Positions 1 through 11,844 of a DNA stretch of 64,000 nucleotides are shown here, piece after piece. Source of the stretch: Octopus vulgaris (Eukaryota); the NCBI GenBank assembly GCA_951406725.2, contig OX597816.1, positions 142,538,001-142,602,000 on the forward strand, in the 5' to 3' direction. How positions within the stretch are numbered: position 1 is the first letter of the stretch; each line of letters starts with the position of its first letter. The position numbers were made by a program, and so were the translations under genes. The notes beneath the pieces were generated by a model. The model did no database searches. It was not told the DNA's origin and was given only the letters and a program-made list of their open reading frames with translations.

Positions 1-166
1 CACCAGCTATAATATAATGTTAAAAAATACAAAAATAACTTGCAAAAAGATTTACCTAGAAATTATAAGACAACAGGTGCAAGAAAAACATATCTGACAA
101 GCACTACTGCTCATAAAGCTTATTGAAAAATGAAGTAAAGAAAATAGGACATCAATGGTATCTTAC

Positions 167-351
167 CATCCCTTCAAGGACTTTACCAAAAACAACATGG
201 CGTCCATCAAGCCACTCAGTTATCTTAGTGGTAATGAAGAACTGTGAACCATTTGTATCTTTGCCAGCATTTGCCATCGACAGCCAGCCAGCTCCATAGT
301 GTTTTAGCTTGAAGTTTTCATCAGAGAATTTCTCACCATATATACTGACAC
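167..351 (-). CDS. PPIB: Cyclophilin B copy L, exon 4 (exon 5 outside window)
   Basis: Matches copy R exon 4 except synonymous AAG>AAA and GAC>GAG (ITDW>ITEW); splice sites intact. Confidence 0.95.
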
Positions 352-2471
352 CTAAGTGGAATCAATGAAAATAGATATTATATAAAGGTAGTAAATCAGA
401 AATAGCAACAATCTAAAAAGAAGGGTGATAGGATAGTGGTGGTTATGGTAAAATAGTGAATCCAGAATAAATTATCCAATTAGAAAAAGATCAAAAATTG
501 ATTAACCATTTTCCCTTTAGCAGTTTTGGCATCAAGGCAGGTTGCATTTAAAAATTCAAATATTTACATGAAAGACATAGCCGTTTTAAATCACAATTTT
601 TAGTGTCTTTATTATTAGATTTCTGGCAAAGTATACTGAGGTTTCCTTATCAAAGGATGTGTATTTGGCTTTTAATTGGATTCAAAAAGGTAAGGCAGTG
701 GTCATGACTTTTACAGGCCTCAACTGACTGGTGACATTGATTCTAAGAAGGACTAAGCAAAGTATTTGGCAAGTATTGAGACAGTAGAGATGACAAGAAG
801 AGAGAACAAAAGCTTGCTAGTTCAGAGGAATAGAAGCCATTATAGTAACAGGAGAGGAGATTTCAGTTACTAGCTCACAGAATGCCTATGAGCATTTGTC
901 AATCAACTGAAAAGGTTTAGAATGTTTACGTAAATTGTAACAGCAGCAATGTCCTGTACAGATAAGGGGTGTTTTAATGTTGGTCACACTTGAGCTTTGT
1001 AGAAGATCAGCCCAAAACAGGGATGCTGTCACAGTGTAATCTGCTACTCTTTTGATAGAAGTATTAACATTCATTTTGACATTAATACAAAAGCCAATGC
1101 TTTTAGGGATAGAAAAACAAGGAGGTATTTAAATTCTATATTTTATTGAGAGACATTAGCCTTGCAAATGAAATTGGCAGTCTCATCATATCCTTTCAGT
1201 GTAGTCTTTTGTACAATACATCTGATTCCTCTTATATTCCATTTTTCTTTTAGATTATTTCCACATACATCAGAACAGACTTGCCTCCATTTCTTTCCAT
1301 CCTTAATACATTTTCTGCATTCAATGTCCATTTTTTACTACCATGTAATATGTACTTTGTAATATCAAGAATCATACAATTTACCATTCACTTGTAGAAA
1401 GAATCCCTTTCTTGCCAAATCTTTTCCACTTTACTTATTCTGGATAGTTTGCTTTTAGAAAAGTCCCTATCGCTACTGATTTGGCCACCTAGGAAACAAG
1501 CTGTCGACTATATTTTGGGAACCTGACTGTCTTTGTAAACCAATTTATGATGTTGTGAACCTGTAGTTTATATGTGGTACACAGTACAGAATTCCTTCTT
1601 ACTCCTACTGAGTGTGGCCACCTCCCAGATTCTAGAGTCAAGTCTTCCATCTGCAATTTTTGTCATTGCTTTCAAGCCACTCAGTTCTAAACTTCCCTTC
1701 CACATATGGAATTTCTCTCATTCTTACATAGATTCAGCTAGAAGATCTAAATAAGTCATCAGTATATGGAAGTTTCCACAATCAGCCAGTCTTAAGCTCC
1801 TCTGCTGTTGTCTGTAAAACTATAATAGACAAGAGTGTGCTGAGAGCTAAGGCCTTTTAACATACAGCTGAACTCTAAATTCCTTCCTGAATTCATGTTA
1901 ATACTCACCTTGTGTACATCATGTCTGTACATGGTTAGAATGGTTCTCAAAAGCAATTCATCTCTTAGCTTCCTTTATGACACAAGAACAAAGAGTACCC
2001 TATGGAAAGCCTTATCCACTTCAGGGAATGGTAGCACTGGTGCTCCATCCTAGTACAAACTCAAACACTCACCTAAACTAAATATCTTAATTCATTGCAT
2101 TTTAACTAAATAGGATGTTCTATTTCACCAGATAATTTTCTTTCCATTGTATAGCCATCAACTGCAGTTGCTGATTGATCCCTATGGAAAGTCTAATTGG
2201 GCTCTCTTCTTTGCACTCTTCATTTCATAACATCCCTCAGTAGCATTAGCATTTTCATGCCTCTTTTTGACATCAGTGAACACCAGTATGCTGCTGTTAC
2301 TACACAACTTCACTCCAAAGCATCCTGATTTATACCAATATACTGCTTAGCAATCCAAAACACATCATGCCTCAGATCATTACAGAACATCAGCAAACTC
2401 TTTAGATTTTCTGTTAGCTACCTGCTTTTTTTTCCAGGTTTTTCTCTAACTGTGCAACAGAAAATACTTAC

Positions 2472-2577
2472 CTCCAGTTCCATCACCTTTGGTGAAATCA
2501 CCACCTTGGATCATAAATGCAGGAATGACACGATGAAAAGAACTTCCCTTATATGTTAATGGTTTATCACCTTTGGT
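2472..2577 (-). CDS. PPIB: Cyclophilin B copy L, exon 3
   Basis: Identical to copy R exon 3; AG/GT sites intact. Confidence 0.95.
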
Positions 2578-3536
2578 CTGAAAAGAAATTAAAAGCATTC
2601 AAGTTAACATATTGCAAAAAGATAGATAACAACCAAGTTAATATCACTCACATCAATTGTTTTACAGCTAAGTAAAAACTTATTGTATCATATTTATAAG
2701 ATTGCCTGGTAAAAGAGCTAAAATATGCTATATAGTAGTATTCTGTTGACATTCCATTTGCATATAAACATACTTTCATTAAGTCTGACTAGATGAAATA
2801 GAAGAATTAGACGCTTCCTTATTCACAGTGCTATACCAATTTTTCAGCATATTGAACCAAAGAGAAAAATGATTTACCAAGCAATATTACTGCTTCATTA
2901 TGTGAGCTAAGAATCAACACTAGTTATATCTCAATTGGTGTTTACTTATCACGTTCAGATTTCCAAATGAGTTAATCCACAATATTCAAATTAAGGTATT
3001 ACACTGACAAATTTCTTTCCAGTTCATTTAATATTCTAGATGTACAACTGTCCACAACAGTTGACATTCTTTCAACAGGACATCAAAGTTGAATGAACAG
3101 AGATAAAGTTGTTCTTAAATACAATTACAAAAGTTACATAAAGGCATCAGCCAGCTCTTAAATATTTTGACAAAAAAAAAAAAAATTTCTATTTCCAACA
3201 CTTCAAAAGTGACTGAAGCAGTTACGAGTCACCTTCTCTAACACCATGAGTCTCTTTCTGCAATCACCACTATATTTTCTGCATAGCCAGATCTACTGTG
3301 ACCTACTTTCCTAAGTCCTCCACTTTCAGAAATGTGGTATAAAAAATGGTATTTTGCATACAATACACCAATCTTCTGGCTAAATCACCTGTCCATCATT
3401 ACTAACTGACTATTCTCTTGGGTTGGCAAGATCAAACTATTTACTAAATAGCAATGTGGATCATGTGTGTATGTGTGGTCTTCAGCATTCAATTTTTTTA
3501 ATTTTTAATGATTAAAATTCAGAAATATAGGATTAC

Positions 3537-3653
3537 CATAGTTCCTTCAGCTAAAGTTTTGAAATTTTTGACGGTTTTAGGAACAGTCTTGCCAAACAGT
3601 CCAATCACAATTCGACCAGCAGGCTTATCACCAATCTTTATGTCAAAAAAGAC
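3537..3653 (-). CDS. PPIB: Cyclophilin B copy L, exon 2
   Basis: Identical to copy R exon 2; AG/GT sites intact. Confidence 0.95.
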
Positions 3654-4379
3654 CTGGTAAAAATAAGAAACAAAAAATGTGTGTATAAACTTATACACAT
3701 AGAAAGTACATGTAATCTCAAAAGTGGCTAGCTTGATATGTAGGAAAGGAGTTGGTAAGAACTTGATATTGTATATTCAGTGGAATATGCCTGCATATGT
3801 ATACCCATGTTTTAACATTGGTAATATACCTGTAGTATAATATGGATACTCTTACCCTTCATAGACTTATTTTAACTCTGATTCAGCTAAATGTTGTATA
3901 TACATATATATACACAATATATATGGATAGCTATATATACACAATATATATGGATAGCTATATAAACACAATATATATGGATATATATATATATATATAC
4001 ACAATATATATGGATTTATACACACAAAATATATAAGTACACACACACATATACATGCATATATACATACACACAGACATACATACATACATGCAAACAG
4101 GCATACATATACACAAACAGACATATATACACACAAACAAGGATATATACACATGCAAATATACACTTACATATATACACATACACACATATATCCATAC
4201 ATATATGCTGTAATTGAGATCTATTGACATGCTGTACTTGAGGAAACCTATTGAATCCAGTAACATCAAAATTAAATCCAATGAAAACTGTACTTGTGGC
4301 CGATGCCAGTGCTGCCTGACTGGCTCCCTCTGCCTGTAGCACATAAAATCCACCATCCTAACTTGGTCGATGCCAGCAA

Positions 4380-5813
4380 CTCCAGCCCCCAACACAACTG
4401 GCTCCTCTGCCGGAAGCACGTAAAAAGCACCATCCAAACATGGGCGATGCCAGTACCATGTGACTGGAACTCATGCCAACTACATGGAGTGGTTGGCGTT
4501 AGGAAGGGCATCCAACTGTAGAAACATTGCCACATCAGATTGGAACCTCGTGCAGTAACCTGGATAGCCAGTCATCATATATATACATACATAGACACAC
4601 ATATATACACCCATATATATATACACACACACATGTGAAATTTACAAAAAAACAAAAGATGAAGACAGGTATATAAACAAATAGGTGTACTAGTTTGATA
4701 CTTGGGAAGGTGAGTAAGTCTTTTATGTTTCAAGCCTATGCTCTTCAATAGAAAGGGACACAAGGAAATAAACAGAGAGATTTAAAAAATCATAGCAACT
4801 GTTTGGAAGAAGGCAGTTAGACAGGAGAGCTAGGAAGAAGGGGAAATAATAAAGTACTGGTGATCCCAAAATGAAGGTGTGCATGCCTGTATGTGAGAGT
4901 GCAATTATGTGCATGTGGAGAGGGCCTAGTGACATTGACGTGTGGGGTGACGTGATGTGGTGGGGGATTGTGAGAATGGCATGTGGGTTTGGGGTGAGGA
5001 TGGGTTGGGGTATGTGGGAGAGGAATATGGATGGAATGGGCATACATACACATGTATATACATATAATAATGATTCTTGATAGAATCAGGTACTTAAGAA
5101 TATGCACTTGGTCGTGTTGGATAAACCTCCAGCCCCCCACACAACTGGCTCCTCTGCCAGAAGCACGTAAAAAGCACCATCCAAACATGGGCAATGCCAG
5201 TACCACGTGACTGGCACTCGTGCCAACTGCATGGAGTGGTTGGCGTTAGGAAGGGCATCCAACTGTAGAAACATTGCCACATCAGATTGGAACCTACTGC
5301 AGTAACCTGGTTACCCAGTCATCATATATATACATACATATACACACATACACACACATGTGAAATTTACAAAAAAACAAAAGATGAAGCAGGTGTATAA
5401 ACAAGTAGGTGTACTAGTTTGATACTTGGGAAGGTGAGTAAGTATTTTATGTTTCAAGCCTATGCTCTTCAATAGAAAGGGACACAGGGAAATAAACAGA
5501 GAGAATTAAAAAACCATAGCAACTGTTTGGAAGAAGGGGAAATAATAAAGTACTGGTGATCCCAAAACGAAGGTGTGCATGCCTGTATGTGAGAGTGTAA
5601 TTATGTGCATGTGGAGAGGGCCTAGTGACGTTGACGTGTGGGGTGATGTGATGTGGTGGGGGATTGTGAGGATGGGTTGGGGTATGTGGGCATGGAATGT
5701 GTGGGAGTGGAATATGGATGGAATGGGTATACATACACATGTAAATACATATAATAATGATTCTTGATAGAATCAGGTACTTAAGAATATGCACTTGGTC
5801 GTGTTGGATAAAC
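4380..5813. repeat. Tandem duplication (~747 + ~687 bp), left arm only
   Basis: 4380-5126 repeated at 5127-5813 (paired ORFs 4272/5094, 4817/5447); single copy at ~20880-21350. Confidence 0.9.
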
Positions 5814-6298
5814 CTGTGATCACCACATACCAGAACGATATTCAGGATGTGTATACAGAGAAAACCACTTCTAAGAGTATTAAGCGTCAAGGGGCTGGCC
5901 CAAAGTACATGGTGTATTGATCATACATTGTTTAGTATACTCCATGGTGTCCAACTTATCATGAATCCCTATGGTGTATTATAAACAAATGAATAATAAC
6001 AGATGATGGATAAATGTCAGTTCATTACAGCCATTTCTTATACGTTTTTTATAGAAGAAATGAGTAAATTACATCACTTCAAAACAAAAGACCATAACCA
6101 TCAGATGAAACAATTTCAAAGCTATAGCGTATCTTGGATATTCTATTGTTTTGAAATTATGTTTTATCTGATGATAATGGACTTTTTCAAGTGATGTAAC
6201 GTACTCATTTTTCTATTACAAATGTGTAAGAAACAGTTGTAATGAGCTGACATTTGTCCATCGTTTGCTATTATTTGCTTATATATTATATATATGTA

Positions 6299-6668
6299 CT
6301 AGCAGTATTGCCCAGCGTTACTCAGGTTTGTAAGGGAAATAACTATAAAGCATTTTTAGAGAGTTATAGCCAAAAAATAGCAAAAAAATGGAGAAAAAAT
6401 GGTAAATTTTTTTTTAAATCGTTGACTCATCATAGACATTTTTAGAGAGTTACTTCCCTTATATAATAGCGAAAAAATGCATTAAAATGGGAACAAAATG
6501 GTAAATTATTTTAAAAACCGTAGACGCGCGCTAATACCCAGAAGGGCTCGATATGAATCACGACTATATGATACTCGGTTTTGGTTAAACTGCACCACAA
6601 AATGTGGGAGTAGTTAGGAATCTAAATCGTAGGAGACAGACACACAACCTCACTTTTATATATGAAGA
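6299..6668 (-). mobile_element. Non-autonomous Helitron (left arm only)
   Basis: 5' TC..TATATAAAA, 3' imperfect GC hairpin then CTAG, inserted between A and T, no TSD; empty site at ~20385. Confidence 0.75.
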
Positions 6669-8115
6669 TATATAATTGGGAATTGAAAAAGAGTAATTTC
6701 CTACATACTTCACTTTAATAAATGTTCTCCAATGTGTACCTGTTGGTGAAATATAAGTTTAGATTTACAAGAAAGTGATTTTTCAATTTTTATATTTGAA
6801 AGGCTCCCCATGTGTAGTTGTGCGTTAATACACTGTTGCTGAGCAACTAGTTCCCATGTGTCACACAATGAAGTTGTTCTTCAAAGTCTATTCATTTGTT
6901 GATGATAAAGCTAAAATTCTGAATGAAATGAAAGTTTTCCCACATACTTCATAGTTAAACAACTTTTTCTCTGGTGTGCATTATATTTTGTTAAAAGATT
7001 GAGGCAAATGATTTCCTACTTGTTTTATGAAAGACAATGTCTACCTTGATGGAATTTGAACTCAGAATGTAAAGAGAGAAGAAATGCTGAAAACAATAAT
7101 AATAGATGGTTGGTGGCTAGCATCACAGAAAAAAAAAGAAACTGAAGAATTGTGATGATAGAATTTATGGAATTAAAACAAAGTAATGGCTAGTAGACAG
7201 CTGATCATCATGTGTAGGAGATTGTGAAACTTGGTTGATAGCGAATATATGATTTGGTGCTAGAAGTCTCCACACATACACAACAGCCTTCTGATACTGT
7301 AAACACACATAGACAATTCCTGAAGCAGGCCATGGAGATACAGTCATAGGTACACAGCGTTTCTAAAATAGTAATAATTATAACCATAGTAATTATAATA
7401 GCTATGAAAATTGCAACAATAAAAGCTGCAAACTATGGCACATAGTGTTTTTTTTGCGGGGTGGGGGGGATCAGTTCAATACTTCAATCCCAGTGATTGA
7501 CTGATACTCATTCCATTAACCTTGAAAGAATGAAGGTATATTTGACCTCCATAGTATTGGAACTCATAATGCAAAGAGCCAGAAAAAAATGTCGCTCAGC
7601 CCCTTTTCTGCCAGTTTGCCACCTTAATATCAATAATATACAACATAAAATAAAAAGGACCCATGTCCTTCAGTTTCTTCTTTCCTTTCTTCTTGTGATG
7701 CTGACCACTAGCTGTCTATTACCATTTTTTCTTAATGTTTTTTTACTACCTTTGTTTCTGGTCTTATTAAATAAAAAAACAACAGCACAGTTAAAACAAT
7801 TGTTATAATCTTTTGGAAAAATGAAAATACAAAGAAAAAAATAGATGTATTAAATCAGTGTACCTTACATCACACTTGGTTTCTTTAGAGGAAAATGAGA
7901 AAAGTAGATTTTTAACAGTACTGCGCAAGAAAGACTGACAGATATACAGGGTGTTTAGGATAAATCTTACAATTATTTTATGTCTCCTTTTTACAGAAAT
8001 AGTTTGATGTATTGAAAGAGTCAATGGCATTAGAAATTATAAAGATAAATGTTGAGGTTGAGAAAAAGTTAGCTGACCTGGAAGATTGGAAACCATCTGA
8101 GTCAATTACTGTGTT

Positions 8116-8290
8116 ATGATATGCACCAGGTATCCAAATGCTGACATCATGATTGCTGCTCAATTATCTATGAACTTTGTAAAGGCTGTAAAATGTGACG
8201 TGGATAGCTGCAACCGAGACTGTGAAGCTGTAGCCAGCATGAAGGGACACAGCAAGTGTTCTGTGTCTGTACACCAGAATTCATCTCCAC
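8116..8290 (+). mobile_element. Tc1/mariner-superfamily transposase N-terminal relic (mirror 18766-18940, minus)
   Basis: MICTRYPNADIMIAAQLSMNFVKAVK..VDSCNRDCEAVAS.K.HS resembles the HTH N-terminus of invertebrate Tc1/maT-type transposases (recognition only). Confidence 0.4.
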
Positions 8291-10393
8291 ATCTTTGAAC
8301 AGGGTCTTAAACTCAATTTAGTTGGCTATGTGAAGCTGCTGGAGCCTATAGTCAATCCCTGACTCGAAAGGATTGCTGCAGGAAGGCTAAATATGTGGCA
8401 GCAGGATTCAGTTCCTTGCCATGCCTCCAGAAAGTGTCAGAAGTGGTAGTCAGAGAATTTCTACGACTTTACCAACCCCAATTTTTGGTCTCTTAATTCT
8501 ACCAATTGTAATCCCATACTATGGGATTACCTGTGAGGGGCGTAGTTGAGAAATGCAACAACTGTTCTACCCGAAACACCAAGAACAAGCTGGTGGCCAA
8601 GATCAAGGGGTTCGAAGATCTTCCCAGAGATACAGAGAGATAGGCATGTGCTAGATTCCAGAGCTGTCTTGAGGCCAGCTACTTTGAGTAAATTATCTCC
8701 CAGCAATAATCTAGTCATTATTTTAAGAATATTTTTTTTTAATACTTTTATTTTTGAATGGGATATTATGTTTTCTGTTCTTTTTATCCAAACTGTTAAA
8801 TTTAGCCTGAACACACTATAGCAGTAAGAATCAGATCGGGCAAGAAGACACGGTAATGAGACTATATGGAGAGGTGAAATTGTTGCAGGTGGATGAAGAA
8901 TGAGGGTATCAGATTATATATAATTATTCACTTCCCGTTTTAAGTTGGTACAATTCCGTACTGTTTCTGAAATTAAAAGTATCACTACTCATAGACGCAC
9001 GATTTTAATTCTTTTGTTCTGGTAAATGAATGCGATCACGCTGGGATTTTATCGTCGTAAAAGGTTTATTTGATCAAATCGACTAAAATAACCAAAGTAA
9101 GGATAAGTTTTTCGCCTACTTTTTATTATTACACCGCCAGTGTTCAGCGGGCTTTTTAATTTTTACCCATATCGTAATTTCGTGTACTTTTTAGATAAGT
9201 TTTACTGTTACACCCGTCACTTTAAAAATAAGTAGTGGGCTCGATTTGAGTGACTAAACCCTTTACGGCAATGCCCCAGTTTGGCCAAGTCAACTACTGA
9301 ATAATGAAATGTGTGTACGTGTGTAAGAAAAGTGACAGTTTCAGAAAGTAAAAATGCACCATCTCAAAGAGGTGGGAAGTATACGTATCTTCTAGAGAAA
9401 ATACTGGGTATCTCAAATAAACCAAAGCTATCTCATAATATACAGGAAACGTGGAGTGACTAGGACACGTCGGTGAAGCCTACATTTAGACTTTTGTCAG
9501 TTTCAACGTACGCCTTTAGTCGGTCCAACGAAAGTCTCTGAATTGTGAGCAAATAATTGGGTCTTTATACCCTTAGCGTAAATTTCAGGTAAACTAACCG
9601 TAAAATAGTTACAACCATTGCTCAAACTGCTCGAAATAGCAGCCGAATTCCCTCCGATACACTATTCTTGATATAGAAATAGGAGAAAAATAACCCATTG
9701 CATACAGATTATTTAATAGAATTTGAAGCTGAGAATTCACTCTGTCGATACTGGAGTTCCTCATTAAGTGCGAACTATCTGCAGATAGCACGTAGCAAGA
9801 AAATGTTGTAGTAGACCGTATCAGAAGTATTGAACGAGTGTGTGCGTTTATACACATACACTATATATACATTACAGTATAGATATATGGTATAGCTGTC
9901 GTCAGACAAATGAAATTCATACGAATTCAATGAAAATAATTAAGCGAATATCTCTTTTCATGCACATCTGTTAAAACAGATGTTGCTTATAAATGAAGTG
10001 CTTGCACACGAATTTAACTTTTGTGGTCGTTAATGATTAATATGAAAAATATTAAATAAAGTGATTGCGTTTGTCTTGCTTTGTCTAAAACGAAGTTACA
10101 GAGCGTTCATCCCAGTAGACTTGTTCATATAAAACAGTGTTTCACAGCAAAGGAATATGAGAATCGGTAGAGCATCGAATCAAATATTTTACAGTATGTA
10201 GTTATATCTTTTTATATTCCCAGTTCAAATCCGACTTAGCCCTAAAACCGGGTGTGCGTATTTTTTTCTTTCGCCAAATACTGAGTTAGAATCAACTGTT
10301 CCCTCCCCCACAAACAGCTTGTGTTTTTATGCTAAAAAAAAAATCAATTATTTATTGTATATGTAATAGCAGTTGCAGAAAAAGTCTACTTAC

Positions 10394-10489
10394 TTTATCA
10401 GTGACTTTAGGTCCTTTAGGTTTGGCTGTAGTAGACAAGAAAGCCGGAATTAGAGAGAGAAACAACACAAACGACAACAACTTCATCAT
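10394..10489 (-). CDS. PPIB: Cyclophilin B copy L, exon 1
   Basis: Reverse complement of 16433-16528; same translation, intact GT donor. Confidence 0.92.
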
Positions 10490-10955
10490 GATGTAGAAAT
10501 ATCGCCGACGCCGGTGTGAAATGTTACAATAGTCAAGCACTCGTTCCATAAATAAGTAGCACCGGTGCTGTATGAATAGCGCGGTAGTCGGATCAAATAA
10601 TCTAAATACTGAATTAGCTGTTATTACATTTTATTTCTCCCTTAGAACGATTAGAGAAAACGGATCAAAAGGAAAAGATCCGTCTTGGCGATTTAATTAT
10701 GAAATAAAAGCCCGGTAAAATTTCGCTTTTTACCGAAACAATTTCAAATACACGCGCCAGCTAAACACTTCATTCAAGAAACGACACGTCACTTTTACTT
10801 CTGACGTTACACCGGTCTATCAATAGCAACGTTGATGGAAACAAGAAAGCTTCTGGGTGGTCATTCGAAATAGCAGCTATATCTCTCTTACGTTGCTTAA
10901 GATATTTCTAGATGCACCATACCTGAAAATAAGACTAGTTGGTCATATTTTTGAT

Positions 10956-11040
10956 GGCGGAAGTAAAGAATACGCACACCACCCGTTTTCGGCCTAACGC
11001 TAACACTAAACACCAGGTGTGCGTATTCTTTACCTTCGCC
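10956..11040. mobile_element. 85-bp MITE with 25-bp TIRs (other copies 11591-11674, partial ~10245-10275; mirrors 15585-15669, 14978-15060, ~16646-16675)
   Basis: GGCGRARGTAAAGAATACGCACACC ... GGTGTGCGTATTCTTTACCTTCGCC. Confidence 0.8.
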
Positions 11041-11844
11041 GAATCTTCTTCCACAGGATAGTTCACTGAACCTGATTTGTCAATTATTTATTTCTTTGGT
11101 CCACAGAGTAAATAGGAGTATAGGGAGGTGAAGTAGGGCAATCGTTTTTGTGTGTAAAATTTCTCCAGCCCTTTTATGACAGTTAATAAGGGAGTGGTTG
11201 AGGCATTAAATGTGCTTCTACCCAGCAAGATCTGAAAATCCTTACCACGTCACTGATGGCTGATACTAAAAAGATAGATGGGGGCAGGGGCTACGTTGAA
11301 AACGTTGGCCGCTACATGTAGCTGATTCAGACCGAGAGAGAGAAAACAATTCAGATGTATTCATAGTACTTTGTCGACCTTTACCTCAGCGAGAGAGAGC
11401 AAAGCATTCTGTCCTACAGTCAATTCACTGCTTTATTATTATTCAATAAAATAACTGCTTGTTCAAATTTTCTTTTTCTCGCAACCACATGGATTACAGT
11501 TTATTAAGAAGGACCTTCAGCTTTCGTATTTTTCCCTTTAAAGTTAATACCTTCCAACGTGTTCTTGTTAGTAAATGTATGATCAAAAGAGCGAAGGTAA
11601 AGAATACGCATACCCGGTGTTTAATGTTAGCGTTAGGCAGGAAACGGGTGGTGTGCGTATTCTTTACCTTCGCCGAAGATCCATTAAAATTATTTCACTA
11701 CTCTATTGGTCGTACTTATTTAATTTACTTGTCTCCATCTTTCTTATACATGGTACAAAAAATTAAGGGTGAGATGATGATGATATGATTATCATGTTCA
11801 TTGAAGTATATTTATTGGAATAGAACATGTATGTATATAATGTT

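Noticed and set aside
3842-4437. Cys/Val/Tyr-rich ORFs (also 21796-22577, 39437-40319, 49656-50037, 61636-61983)
   Set aside because: Translations of (TA)/(CA)/(TG) microsatellites and SINEs
8527-8900. ORFs apparently conserved in two places (8527/18266, 9609/17114, 7803/18951)
   Set aside because: Conservation merely reflects the duplication; the 8527/18266 pair is frameshifted between arms and none has recognisable homology
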